64,000 bases of DNA from an uncultured Deinococcales bacterium (GTDB lineage: Bacteria; Deinococcota; Deinococci; Deinococcales; JAAFIG01). The notes beneath the pieces were generated by a model that was not told the DNA's origin, made no database searches, and was given only the letters and a program-made list of their open reading frames with translations. Of the stretch, positions 28,013-37,951 are shown in pieces; the stretch's first letter is position 1; each line of letters starts with the position of its first letter. Made by a program: the position numbers and the translations under genes. The stretch is taken from positions 1 through 64,000 of the forward strand of contig CAXTTL010000002.1 in NCBI GenBank assembly GCA_964247135.1, in the 5' to 3' direction.

Positions 28013-29545
28013 ATGCCAGCGCAGTCGATGGACGAACTCGTTTCTCTTTGTAAACGCCGTGGGTTCATTTTCCCAGGCAGTGACATTTACGGTGGCTTGC
28101 AGGGGACGTATGATTACGGTCCTTTGGGAGTTGAGTTAAAGAACAACCTCAAAGCCGCCTGGTGGCGTTCGATGATTTACGAACGCGATGACATCGAAGG
28201 GCTTGACGCCAGCATTTTGACGCACAAGATGGTCTTGCGTCACAGCGGTCACGAGGCGACCTTCACCGACCCGATGGTGGACAACCGCACGAACAAAAAG
28301 CGTTACCGTCTTGATCACCTTTTAAAAGATCAAAAGCCCGAGATCATCTCGAGCATCGCGGCATCGTTTGGTTTTGAGGGTGAAGGTGTGGATGCCCTCT
28401 CGAGCGCCATGACCAAAAACCCTGAAAAAGCCGAAACTGCTTTAAACGCAGGCAAAGCGCTTGACCCTGACGATGGCAAACCAGGCAATTGGACTGCGCC
28501 GCGACCATTCAACATGATGTTCAAAACCACGGTTGGACCTGTGGCGGACGAAGAAAGTTACGCCTACCTGCGTCCCGAAACCGCGCAAGGCATTTTCACG
28601 AACTTCAAAAACGTTGTGGATTCAACCTCGAGACGCCTGCCATTCGGCATTGCGCAAATCGGCAAGTCATTTCGCAACGAAATCACGCCCCGCAACTTTA
28701 TTTTCCGCGTCCGCGAATTCGAGCAGATGGAACTCGAGTTTTTTGTGACCCCAGGCACGGACGACGAATGGCACGCCACCTGGGTCGAAACCCGTTTGCA
28801 ATGGTGGCGCGACCAGGGACTCGAGAGCAACAACCTCGAGCCTTACCATCAAAGCAAAGAAGACCTCTCGCATTACTCCAAAGCCACGGTGGACATTCTC
28901 TACCGTTTTCCACACGGACTCGAGGAACTTGAGGGCATTGCCAACCGCACCGATTTTGATTTGGGATCGCACACGCGCGGCAACGATTCGCTCGGGATTC
29001 AAGCCAACGTCGAACCGAACACCGACAGCACCGAAAAACTGACGATTCCGCACCCAGAAACCCAAAAACCGATTGTGCCGTTCGTGATCGAACCCTCGGC
29101 TGGCGTGGACCGTGGCGTGCTGGCGGTCTTGACCGAAGCGTTTACAAAAGAAACGCTCGAGAATGGTTCGGAACGCATCGTGCTCAAATTGCGCCCGCAC
29201 CTTGCGCCAATCAAAGTTGCCGTGATTCCACTCGCCAAGAACAAGCTCGAGATTACCGATGTGGCACGCAAACTGAAAAAAGATTTGCAAGCCATCGGCT
29301 TTGGGCGCGTGCTTTACGAAGACACGGGCAACATTGGTAAAGCCTACCGCCGTCACGACGAGGTTGGCACGCCGTTCTGTATCACCGTCGATTTTGACAC
29401 CATAGGACAGGGCAACAAGGACTCGAGCGAACCGAGTGACCCGAACTTGTTGGGCACGGTCACGGTGCGCAACCGTGATACGATGGCACAAGAACGCATT
29501 GCAATGAAAGAACTGCCAGCGTACTTGCTCGAGCGACTGCGCTAG
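28013..29545 (+). CDS. glyQS: Glycine--tRNA ligase (alpha2 type)
   Basis: [50 protein letters not shown] and [17 protein letters not shown] precedes ATG 28013. Confidence 0.96.
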   Translation: MPAQSMDELVSLCKRRGFIFPGSDIYGGLQGTYDYGPLGVELKNNLKAAWWRSMIYERDDIEGLDASILTHKMVLRHSGHEATFTDPMVDNRTNKKRYRLDHLLKDQKPEIISSIAASFGFEGEGVDALSSAMTKNPEKAETALNAGKALDPDDGKPGNWTAPRPFNMMFKTTVGPVADEESYAYLRPETAQGIFTNFKNVVDSTSRRLPFGIAQIGKSFRNEITPRNFIFRVREFEQMELEFFVTPGTDDEWHATWVETRLQWWRDQGLESNNLEPYHQSKEDLSHYSKATVDILYRFPHGLEELEGIANRTDFDLGSHTRGNDSLGIQANVEPNTDSTEKLTIPHPETQKPIVPFVIEPSAGVDRGVLAVLTEAFTKETLENGSERIVLKLRPHLAPIKVAVIPLAKNKLEITDVARKLKKDLQAIGFGRVLYEDTGNIGKAYRRHDEVGTPFCITVDFDTIGQGNKDSSEPSDPNLLGTVTVRNRDTMAQERIAMKELPAYLLERLR

Positions 29546-29625
29546 ATTTTTCGAGTAACAATGGGGGTGAGCTTATCAATATTCCAGTCAGAACAGGTTT
29601 CTCCTGGGTTGGTGCGCTCATCCTT

Positions 29626-30060
29626 TTGTTGGTGGTTGGGCTTTTGGTGTTTGCTATTTTGCGGGTGATTTCAGATCAAAATGCAAAGCAATTTGCCATT
29701 CCGTTTTACGTGCTTTTGATGCTGTTTTTTGTCTTGTTGTTTACGCTGCCCCAACGGGCGCTCAAATACCGCCTCGAGAATCAAAAACTCGAGATTCGGT
29801 ATTGGTTTGGGCATCACGGGATCGATTTACAAAATGCAAAACCCGAGGTTATTCAAATCAAAACTGGATGGCGTTTTTTTGGTATCAGTACAGGTTTTTA
29901 CAATGCGGGTTTGTTCAGCGTGAACGGACAGCAGATGCGAGTTTACGGTTCTCTTTTGAACGGTGATGTGATTGTCATTCGTCAAGCTGGCAAAAATACG
30001 ATTATCACCCCAGCCGACCCGCAAGCCTTTTTGAAACTGGTTGAAGAATCTCGAGTTTAA
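29626..30060 (+). CDS. Bacterial PH-domain membrane protein
   Basis: Two TM segments, then WRFFG....YNAGLF...IITPADPQAF. The start is uncertain because the frame is open further upstream. Confidence 0.7.
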   Translation: MLVVGLLVFAILRVISDQNAKQFAIPFYVLLMLFFVLLFTLPQRALKYRLENQKLEIRYWFGHHGIDLQNAKPEVIQIKTGWRFFGISTGFYNAGLFSVNGQQMRVYGSLLNGDVIVIRQAGKNTIITPADPQAFLKLVEESRV

Positions 30061-30099
30061 AAAGTACGCCGTAAACACTTGAATGCAGTCATCACCAAT

Positions 30100-32121
30100 T
30101 CATGCGCTCGGGTTGCCCGAGTGCTGTAAAGGCAACGAAATTTTAATTTTCGTTCCCATCCCAATTTTGCTTTCAACCTCAAAATTCCCGCCAACACTCT
30201 CCACCCGTTCACGCATTCCCAACAAGCCCAAACCCTCAGATTGCTCGAGCGAGGCGTTCATTTCAAACCCAGTCCCCGCATCGCTGACCTCGAGTTGCAA
30301 TTGATTGTCCTGGCGAAAAAGATGCACTTTCTGCCCTCGTCCGCCAGCGTGTTTGAACGCGTTGGTCAGCGATTCTTGCACCAAACGGTAAAGCGTGATT
30401 TTGACTGGCAAGGGCAGTTCTTCGGGCGTCTCCTCGAGCACAAATTCGACACCTGTTTGCGAACGGCGTTTGTGGGCGTTAATCACCTTTAAGAGCGTTT
30501 CTTTTAACGACAATTGCTCGAGTTCGGGCAGGCACATGCCGCTGGCAATGGCTCGCATTTCAGCCAGCGCTCGAGCGATGGAGGCTTGAATCGTCTCGAG
30601 GTCTTTGTTTTGGGCGGCGTGAAGTTGATCGCTATCCAGTTTGAGGAGTGCAAACCCCAAATCTTGGGCTGGACCATCGTGAAGTTCGGCACTCAAACGC
30701 CGCAAGAATTTTTCGTTCAAGGTTGTACTGCGCGTGGCTGCCAGCACCAGACGGTTGCGCAAAAGCTCGTTTTGCTCGAGCAAGAATTGCAAGGTCACGA
30801 CTTTTTCTTGCAACTCTTGGCGTTGGTTTTCTATCGTTTGATTGCCAAGCTCGAGTTCTGCGGTGCGTTCTTTGACGGTTTGCTCGGCTTGCTCTTTGGC
30901 TTCGCGCTCAATCTCGGTTTTCAAGCGGTACACTTCGGTTTCGTGCTGCGCCCGCTCGAGGTCAAATTGAATCGAAAGTTGACGGGTTTTTTCTTCGCTT
31001 TCTTGGTTGAACAAGGTCTTTTCAACGCGGTGAAACTCGCGGAAATGCTGCAAGGCTTGATTGGTATCGCCCAGTCGTTCAAAGGCGTCTGCGAGCAATT
31101 CATGGGCTTCAAAAATCGCTTTCTTGCCCTCAATCTGCTCGGCTCGCTCGAGTGCCTTGCTTAAGGATTCAATCGCCTGAACTGCCTGAGATGTTTTCAA
31201 ATGCACCCGACCAATGTTCAAGAGCGTATCAATCTCGCTTTCAACATCGCCGATCTCGAGCGCACGGTCAAAAGCTTTTTGATGAAACTCGAGCGCGGTG
31301 GTGAGATTGCCCAAACCCAATTCGACCTGCCCGAGTCCGTCGAGTGCCGCGATTTCAAATTTTGGATACTTGATCTGTTGCGCCACCAACAGCACCACGT
31401 CAAAGCTTCTGGACGCATTCTCGAGTTGCCCAAGACGCTTGTAGACGTAACCCAGATTGGTTTTGGTGATTGCTTCGAGCACACTGTTTTCAAGACCTTC
31501 GAGGGTTGTTAACGCACGTTGGTATGTCTCGAGCGCTTTGGCGTCATCGGTCATGTTTTCATACAACAAACCAAGGTTGATTAAACATTGGCTCTCGATG
31601 CCGCGATCATGAATTCGTTCACGCACCAACGCATGGGCATCACTGAGGGCGGTCAATGCCCGAGGGAAATCACCAAGTTTAATGCAAATGATTCCCATGT
31701 TGATCAAGCAATTTGCTGCCCGACGGTCATCATTAAAACGACGGGCAACTATCAGGGCTTGAGTCAGGTCTTTGAGTGCTCGAGCGTACTCGCCATTTAG
31801 ATGGTTGACCCCAGCGCGTTGGTTGAGCGCATCGGCTTCAATCAGGGCATCACCATGAACTCGAGCCAATTCCAGGGCTAAGTCAAGACGCTCGAGGGCT
31901 GTTTCAGGATTGCCCTGGTCGCGGTATACCTTGCCTTGGGCAATCAACGCTTGCGCTTGGATGTTCCAAGCGTTTTCAAATTGGGCTTGCTGGGCGGTTT
32001 GCATCAATATTTGAAGGGCTTCTTGAAAATCTGAATGCCCATACGCTTCCAGCCCAGCCGCCAGCAAACTGGCTGAAGCCTCGAGCTTGGATTTTTGATC
32101 TGGAATCGTTTGTGTGCGCAT
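30100..32121 (-). CDS. Soluble TPR-repeat sensor histidine kinase (HisKA_3/NarX-like)
   Basis: N-terminal TPR array, H-box ELHDGPAQ, YRLVQESLTNAFKHA, DAGTGF and GLGLLGMRERV; no TM segment. Confidence 0.9.
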   Translation of the reverse strand: MRTQTIPDQKSKLEASASLLAAGLEAYGHSDFQEALQILMQTAQQAQFENAWNIQAQALIAQGKVYRDQGNPETALERLDLALELARVHGDALIEADALNQRAGVNHLNGEYARALKDLTQALIVARRFNDDRRAANCLINMGIICIKLGDFPRALTALSDAHALVRERIHDRGIESQCLINLGLLYENMTDDAKALETYQRALTTLEGLENSVLEAITKTNLGYVYKRLGQLENASRSFDVVLLVAQQIKYPKFEIAALDGLGQVELGLGNLTTALEFHQKAFDRALEIGDVESEIDTLLNIGRVHLKTSQAVQAIESLSKALERAEQIEGKKAIFEAHELLADAFERLGDTNQALQHFREFHRVEKTLFNQESEEKTRQLSIQFDLERAQHETEVYRLKTEIEREAKEQAEQTVKERTAELELGNQTIENQRQELQEKVVTLQFLLEQNELLRNRLVLAATRSTTLNEKFLRRLSAELHDGPAQDLGFALLKLDSDQLHAAQNKDLETIQASIARALAEMRAIASGMCLPELEQLSLKETLLKVINAHKRRSQTGVEFVLEETPEELPLPVKITLYRLVQESLTNAFKHAGGRGQKVHLFRQDNQLQLEVSDAGTGFEMNASLEQSEGLGLLGMRERVESVGGNFEVESKIGMGTKIKISLPLQHSGNPSA

Positions 32122-32195
32122 GATGGTCGTATCCGAAGAATAGTGCCTTTTCGATACGACCACCTTAACCGATCAGGCTCGAGTTGAAATGAGGC

Positions 32196-33605
32196 TTAAG
32201 GGACAACCGCTTTTAAAAAATTGAGAATGTCCAATCTTCCATCGCCAAGCATCAGCACGGAAGTGGTGGGCGAATCAATTTTGTATGCCGCATTTTGGTT
32301 GGATTTGTAAATGTTAACCGTTGTGCCTTTGAGTATTTTGGTCAGGTCAATCGAATTGGCTTTCAGGCTTTGCCCCAATGCCAGAGCCAAACTGGCGGAC
32401 ACCATCGGCGCGGACATGGACGTGCCAGACCAAGCGCCCAGCCTGTTGCCAGGCACAGGACCAAAGACTTCCTCACCTGGGGCGGACACCTCGAGCGTCG
32501 CGCCAAAGTTTGAAAATACTGACTTGTTGTCGTTTGCATCCACACTGCCCACACTCAGGCTGAACTGACCACCAAGGGTGGTGTCGAGGTTGGCTTGGTT
32601 GGCAGGAAACGTCACGTTTTGGTTGTTGGTGTTGCCGCTCGAGGAAATCACAAAAATCCCCCGCAAAGTCGCGGCATCAATCGCATCGTTGACAGCCTGC
32701 GAATTCGTGTCACTGCCCAAACTGAGGTTGATGATGTTTGCCCCCGCCTGCATGGCGCGGTTGATGGCTGCCGCCACATTTAACACATCGCCGCTGCCAT
32801 CTGGACCCAGCACCCGCAGGGGCAAGATTTTGGCTTTTGGCGCAATTTGCAAAATAATACCCGCCACGCTTGTTCCGTGACCAAACGCCGCATCCGCTCC
32901 AAGAATACCCTCTTCTTGTGGCACGGCATCGTTGTCAACGTAATCCCACATTTCCGAAGCTGGGGCAAGTGAACCCGAGAAGGCTGGATGTTGCAAATCA
33001 ATACCACTGTCAATCACAGCCACTTCGATGCCAGCACCAAGATTGCTCGCCAAGGTCTGTGCCTGTTGTAAATTTAATTTTTGCCATTTTGTGGTGTTTT
33101 GTGGAACCAATGAGAAATTCCCACCTGCCCAAGCGGCGATACTGCCCCCAGCCCATGCCGCGATGCTCCCCCCAGCCCAAGCCGCAATGCTACCGCTCAT
33201 CGTTGCCAGTTGCCCAGCGCCTAAAAAGACTTTTTTGTTCGACTCGAGCGTTGCCTCGCCTGCCCCACCCGAAGCCGCGAGTTGATCGCCAGTGGCTTTG
33301 TCGAGTGCCAAGATCGCAAATTTTTCGTCGGGTCGCCAGACCACAACCTTGCCGCCGTATGTGGTCTCGGTCTGGACGATGGTGTCTTTTTTATCGATTT
33401 TGACGGTCAAACTGTAATGGCTGTCCGTGGCAGGCACCACCACTGGCGGCGAAACGGGTTCGGTTGGCGGTGGTGTGGTCACTGGGGGCGTGACGGGCGG
33501 TGTAACAGCAGGTTGGATCGCAACCTCATTGCAAGCCACCATGCAAAGCAAACCCAGCGCAAACAGGGCGGTTTTGAGTTGTGATGGTGGCAATTTAAAG
33601 TTCAT
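32196..33605 (-). CDS. S8 subtilisin-like serine protease lipoprotein
   Basis: Lipobox MVAC; catalytic triad VIDSG / GHGTSVAG / SGTSMSAP. Confidence 0.92.
   Translation of the reverse strand: MNFKLPPSQLKTALFALGLLCMVACNEVAIQPAVTPPVTPPVTTPPPTEPVSPPVVVPATDSHYSLTVKIDKKDTIVQTETTYGGKVVVWRPDEKFAILALDKATGDQLAASGGAGEATLESNKKVFLGAGQLATMSGSIAAWAGGSIAAWAGGSIAAWAGGNFSLVPQNTTKWQKLNLQQAQTLASNLGAGIEVAVIDSGIDLQHPAFSGSLAPASEMWDYVDNDAVPQEEGILGADAAFGHGTSVAGIILQIAPKAKILPLRVLGPDGSGDVLNVAAAINRAMQAGANIINLSLGSDTNSQAVNDAIDAATLRGIFVISSSGNTNNQNVTFPANQANLDTTLGGQFSLSVGSVDANDNKSVFSNFGATLEVSAPGEEVFGPVPGNRLGAWSGTSMSAPMVSASLALALGQSLKANSIDLTKILKGTTVNIYKSNQNAAYKIDSPTTSVLMLGDGRLDILNFLKAVVP
33121..33194 (-). repeat. Three tandem 24-bp units encoding SIAAWAGG
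   Basis: AGC ATT GCG GCT TGG GCT GGG GGG / AGC ATC GCG GCA TGG GCT GGG GGC / AGT ATC GCC GCT TGG GCA GGT GGG. Confidence 0.9.
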
Positions 33606-33643
33606 GTCCCAATGATCTTAGAACAAGTTTTGATTCTTGAACA

Positions 33644-33657
33644 CCGACTTTGGTCGG
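33644..33657. promoter_or_regulatory. Palindromic operator upstream of the subtilase-kinase pair
   Basis: CCGAC-TTTG-GTCGG, upstream of a TAAGAT -10 (33615-33620, minus strand). Confidence 0.5.
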
Positions 33658-33663
33658 AAAACA

Positions 33664-33691
33664 AAAGCTCGAGCCTGGATGCTCGAGCTTT
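33664..33691 (-). terminator. Intrinsic terminator after the aldehyde dehydrogenase
   Basis: AAAGCTCGAGC-CTGGAT-GCTCGAGCTTT. Confidence 0.7.
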
Positions 33692-33708
33692 AAAGGTTTT
33701 TGAAGGCT

Positions 33709-35214
33709 TTACTGATCGCCAAAAATCGTGAAATGCCAACCTTTTCGCGCATCGCCCGAAGTGTCGAACATGATGTGCTTGGGAATGGTGTACTCCTCGA
33801 GCGCGTAATGGCTTAAATCCTTGCCCACACCCGAATCTTTCATGCCGCCCGTCGGCATTTCGGAGGTCAATGGCAGGTGGTCATTCACCCAGACCGTGCC
33901 AAACTCGAGCGCACTCGAGACTCGGAAGGCACGTTGAATGTCTTTGGTCCAGACGCTGGCTGCCAGTCCGTAAATCGTGTCGTTCGCCAGTTCTATCGCC
34001 TCGGCTTCGTCTTTAAAACTGTTCACCACCACCACGGGTCCAAAAATTTCTTCTTGCACCACGCTCGAGTCTTGCGGGGCGTTCACCAGAATCGTTGGCG
34101 GGTAGTAAAACCCAGGTCCTTTGGGCAGTTCGCCGCCGAGTTCAACCTTGATTTTTTGTTTTTTGGCTGTCAGCACCATGCCGTGGACTTTCTCGAGGTG
34201 AACCTGGCTGGTCAGCGGTCCCATGTCGGTGCTTTCAGACTCGAGTTTCCCCATTCGGATGCTGCTGGTCACGGCTTTAAAGCGTTTTAAGAACTTGTCA
34301 AAACTTTTTTGTTGCACATAAATTCTTGCCGCCTGCGTACAGTCTTGACCCGCGTTGACGAACGCGCCCGCCACCGCGCCCTGCACCGCCGCCTCGAGGT
34401 CGGCATCGTCGAAAACAATAAACGGCGCTTTGCCCCCAAGCTCGAGCGTCACGCGTTTTGTGCCGAGTCCCGCCAGTTCGCCGATGCGTCTGCCCGTGCG
34501 GGTGCTGCCCGTGAACGTCACCATGCGCACGTTTTTGTGTGTGACCATCGCCTCGCCAACTTCGGCGCCGCCCGTCAGCACATTGATCAAACCTGCTGGC
34601 AAGCCTGCCTCGAGTGCAATTCTTGCCATTTCGATGGTACTGCATGGCGTGTTTGGCGCGGGTTTGATGACCACCGCATTGCCCGCCGCCAGCGCAGGAC
34701 CCAACTTCCAAGCCGCCATCATGAACGGATAATTCCAAGGCGTGATCGCCGCGACCACACCCACCGGCACGCGTTCGATCATGCTCGAGTAACCGCCCAT
34801 GTACGACCCCGCGCCCACGCCCTCAATGCGCCGCAGCACGCCCGCAAAATACCGAATGTTATCAATCGCCACGGGAATGTCGCTGTACTTTGCCAGTTTG
34901 ATCGGTTTACCCGCATTTTCACTCTCGAGCTTCGCCAGTTGTTCGCTGTGCTGCTCGAGTGCATCGGCAAATTTCAATAAGGCGTTGCTGCGCTCGCTCA
35001 GGGAGAGCGCAGCCCAAATTTTCTGGGCTTTGCTGGCTGCCTTGACCGCTTCTTGCACGTCTTTGACCGTGGCAACTGCAACGGTGGCGAAGACTTCACC
35101 CGTGGCTGGCGCGATCAAATCTTGAGTACCATGCGTGACTTCTTTTCCGTCAATGATGAGCGGAAAGTGCCTGAGACTCGAGTTTTTTGCGGTTTTCTTG
35201 GCTACTTTGGTCAT
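33709..35214 (-). CDS. NAD-dependent aldehyde dehydrogenase (aminobutyraldehyde dehydrogenase-like)
   Basis: ITPWNYP, FTGS, LELGGKAP, NAGQDCT, EEIFGPV and EMPTGGMKDSGVGKDLS; AAAGGAG SD; downstream of gabT. Confidence 0.88.
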   Translation of the reverse strand: MTKVAKKTAKNSSLRHFPLIIDGKEVTHGTQDLIAPATGEVFATVAVATVKDVQEAVKAASKAQKIWAALSLSERSNALLKFADALEQHSEQLAKLESENAGKPIKLAKYSDIPVAIDNIRYFAGVLRRIEGVGAGSYMGGYSSMIERVPVGVVAAITPWNYPFMMAAWKLGPALAAGNAVVIKPAPNTPCSTIEMARIALEAGLPAGLINVLTGGAEVGEAMVTHKNVRMVTFTGSTRTGRRIGELAGLGTKRVTLELGGKAPFIVFDDADLEAAVQGAVAGAFVNAGQDCTQAARIYVQQKSFDKFLKRFKAVTSSIRMGKLESESTDMGPLTSQVHLEKVHGMVLTAKKQKIKVELGGELPKGPGFYYPPTILVNAPQDSSVVQEEIFGPVVVVNSFKDEAEAIELANDTIYGLAASVWTKDIQRAFRVSSALEFGTVWVNDHLPLTSEMPTGGMKDSGVGKDLSHYALEEYTIPKHIMFDTSGDARKGWHFTIFGDQ

Positions 35215-35387
35215 GAACAAACTCCTTTCGTGGAAACTCGAGCTGCTAAGTTTCTCTGCTCTCATCCCCAACCCTTCTCTCGATATCCAGAGAAGGGAGT
35301 CTAATGCCGATCATTAATGAATTAAATTGGGTTTTAACAGTTCAACATGCTTTGATTCATCGGTGTCTATCAAGTGTTTTCGGTTTT

Positions 35388-35412
35388 GTAGGGGCGCTAC
35401 TTGCTGCGCCCT
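35388..35412 (+). repeat. GTAG-type REP element
   Basis: GTAGGGGCGCTACTTGCTGCGCCCT, nearly identical to the copy at 41548. Confidence 0.7.
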
Positions 35413-35436
35413 GGGTTGCCCATGCGTTTTTCTAGG

Positions 35437-36753
35437 TTACTTTTTATAAACGCTCTGAAAGGCGTTACGTAAAATCTGAAACCCAACTTCGAGTTCGCTG
35501 TGACTTGCATTTAACGGCACGAGAATCCGAATCGCATTGCCGTGCATTCCCGCCTTAATAATAATCAATCCACCCTCGAGCGCGGCATTCACGACTTTGG
35601 TTGCCCCGTCCGCATCTGGAATTTTCTTCTCGAGGTCCTTCACCAGCTCTATCGCCATCATCGCGCCCAGTCCGCGCACGTCACCAATCATTGGAAAATC
35701 GGCTTGCAAGGCTTTCAGTTCACGCTCGAGAAACTCGCCTTGGATCACGGCTTGCTCGAGGATTTTCTCTTCTTCAAAGACCTCGAGCACCGCCAGACCT
35801 GCGGCGCACGCCAGCGGGTTGCCCGCGTATGTGCCGCCCAAGCCGCCAGGATGCGGCGCGTCCATGATGTCGCTGCGTCCGGTGATGGCAGCCAGCGGCA
35901 AGCCTCCTGCCAGGCTTTTGGCAATCGTCACCAGGTCGGGAATGATGCCGCTGTGCTCGTAAGCCCACATTTTGCCCGTGCGTCCAAAACCGCATTGAAT
36001 CTCGTCGGCGATAAAAACAATGCCGTGCTTATCGCAAATGTTGCGCAAACTGCGCATGAACGCCGCTGGCGCTGGATTAAAACCGCCCTCGCCTTGCACG
36101 GGTTCGATGATGATTGCCGCGACCTGTTCGGGCGCAACTTGGGTGTCGAACAAATGCTCGAGTCCTGCCAGTGCGTCTTTGGTCGTGATGCCCTGATACG
36201 GCATGGGAAACGGGGCTTTGTACACTTCTGGCGCGAAGGGTCCAAAGTTTTGCTTGTACGGTTTTTGCTTGCCAGTCAAACTCATGCCCATCAGTGTCCG
36301 TCCATGAAAGCTCGAGTCAAAACTGATGATGCCAGGACGGTTCGTGTAAGCCCTGGCGATCTTGATGGCGTTTTCGGTGGCTTCCGCGCCCGTGCTGACA
36401 AAAAACGTTTTGTTGGTCTGACCCGCCTTTTGCGGCACGAGCGCGTTCAATTTTTCTGCCAGTTTGATGTAGGATTCATACGCCACCACCTGAAAACACG
36501 TGTGCGTAAAATTCTCGAGTTGCGCCTTGACCGCCGCCTGAACTTTTGCGTGCGCGTGACCGACGTTCAAAACGCCAATGCCACCCGCGAAATCAATAAA
36601 TTCGCGCCCTTCGACATCCCAGAGTTTGGCACCCTCGGCTCGGGCGGCAAACAGCGGGGTTAAGGCGCTGACCCCACGCGGAATGTGTTGCGCTCGAGCG
36701 TCGAGCAGCGTTTGTGTTTTGGTTGTTGGTTTTTCTGGAGCGGTCATGGTCAT
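35437..36753 (-). CDS. gabT: 4-aminobutyrate aminotransferase
   Basis: DFAGGIGVLNVGH, FTHTCF, GAEATENAIKIAR, EPVQGEGGF, DEIQCGFGRTG, AKSLAGGLP and GGTYAGNP. Confidence 0.93.
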   Translation of the reverse strand: MTMTAPEKPTTKTQTLLDARAQHIPRGVSALTPLFAARAEGAKLWDVEGREFIDFAGGIGVLNVGHAHAKVQAAVKAQLENFTHTCFQVVAYESYIKLAEKLNALVPQKAGQTNKTFFVSTGAEATENAIKIARAYTNRPGIISFDSSFHGRTLMGMSLTGKQKPYKQNFGPFAPEVYKAPFPMPYQGITTKDALAGLEHLFDTQVAPEQVAAIIIEPVQGEGGFNPAPAAFMRSLRNICDKHGIVFIADEIQCGFGRTGKMWAYEHSGIIPDLVTIAKSLAGGLPLAAITGRSDIMDAPHPGGLGGTYAGNPLACAAGLAVLEVFEEEKILEQAVIQGEFLERELKALQADFPMIGDVRGLGAMMAIELVKDLEKKIPDADGATKVVNAALEGGLIIIKAGMHGNAIRILVPLNASHSELEVGFQILRNAFQSVYKK

Positions 36754-36866
36754 GATTACCACCTTTCAAGTGCTGGTGTATCAGAATAGCGCTCGAAGCA
36801 TGAAGCTCACAAGTACAAGAAAACAGCCTCCCAAAACTCGAGAGGCTGCCAGGGCGCAATTTGGCT

Positions 36867-37856
36867 TTACTTGACGTTGGTTTCCCAAGTCCAAGCGGCG
36901 GTGCAAGAAACCGAAGTCGTGCGGACATAACCGCCCGCATCGTCGGAGAATTGTACGTTGCCACCGTCAATTTTTTCGTCCTGACCCGAACAGGCGACAT
37001 CGTTGCGATGCACATTGACCGCCAACTTAAAGGTTTTATTGGCTTGAAATCTTTTGCCTGTGTTGTCCGTCAGGTTGTATGCAAAGGTAAAGCTCGAGCT
37101 GGATTCGACGGTGCCCTGACCGTTAAATGGTTTCAAATTGTCGTTTGGCGTGTATTTCAGGCTCGAGCTGAAACCCACCGTGAGGAATTCGGGTTTGGTA
37201 TCGTCGGGTTTGAGGGTGATCGAAAAACCTTCAGAAGCTGCATATGGTGGTGTATCTGATTTTAGATTGAGGTCAAGGTCCAAAATAATCGAAGTTTTGA
37301 AAGTTGTGCTTTGCGGGTTGACATCCAAAGCTTTTAATTTTTTGATATGCACTTCGTAAGGACCATCGCCGTTGGAATTGTCTTTAACCGTGATCGTTCC
37401 TGTGGTCTGAACACCACCCGATAAACAGTCATAAGCGTAATTGACAATCGAATCAGGAATGCCATCTGCATCGGCGTCGGCTTGGTTCGCATCTTGCCCA
37501 CAACTCGAGCCGGTACCCGTCGCTTGCGTGGTCTGAACCCGACCAGATTTCAAGTTTTGCAAGCTTGCACTCAAACTTGAGGTCAGCAAGTTTGAGGCAT
37601 TGGTTTTGGCGAGGATGCTGGCAACGTCTGGGGCGAACGCTCGAGCGAAAACGGTGGGGAGTTTTGTGAGCGGCTCGAGGTTGATTGGAGAGGAATTTAC
37701 ACCAACACCGACACCACCAATTCTTTGGATGCTTGCATCAACCACACTCGGCGCAACGCTGGTGAGCGCGTTGGTATCGTCAGTGGTTAATTTTTGCCCG
37801 CAAGAAACCAGCAATCCCAAAACTGAAATACTCAAAATAAATCCACTTAATTTCAT
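36867..37856 (-). CDS. Hypothetical lipoprotein
   Basis: GGAGG SD, lipobox LVSC, a DADADGIPD Ca-binding-like loop and a beta-rich C-terminus. Confidence 0.8.
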   Translation of the reverse strand: MKLSGFILSISVLGLLVSCGQKLTTDDTNALTSVAPSVVDASIQRIGGVGVGVNSSPINLEPLTKLPTVFARAFAPDVASILAKTNASNLLTSSLSASLQNLKSGRVQTTQATGTGSSCGQDANQADADADGIPDSIVNYAYDCLSGGVQTTGTITVKDNSNGDGPYEVHIKKLKALDVNPQSTTFKTSIILDLDLNLKSDTPPYAASEGFSITLKPDDTKPEFLTVGFSSSLKYTPNDNLKPFNGQGTVESSSSFTFAYNLTDNTGKRFQANKTFKLAVNVHRNDVACSGQDEKIDGGNVQFSDDAGGYVRTTSVSCTAAWTWETNVK

Positions 37857-37951
37857 GAGTTTGAACCTCCCGATAACGACACGCTCAACAGTTTAGCAAG
37901 GTCATTCAAAAAACATCGTTCTGGGAGTCAAGACAATGTCCAGAAAAGGAT

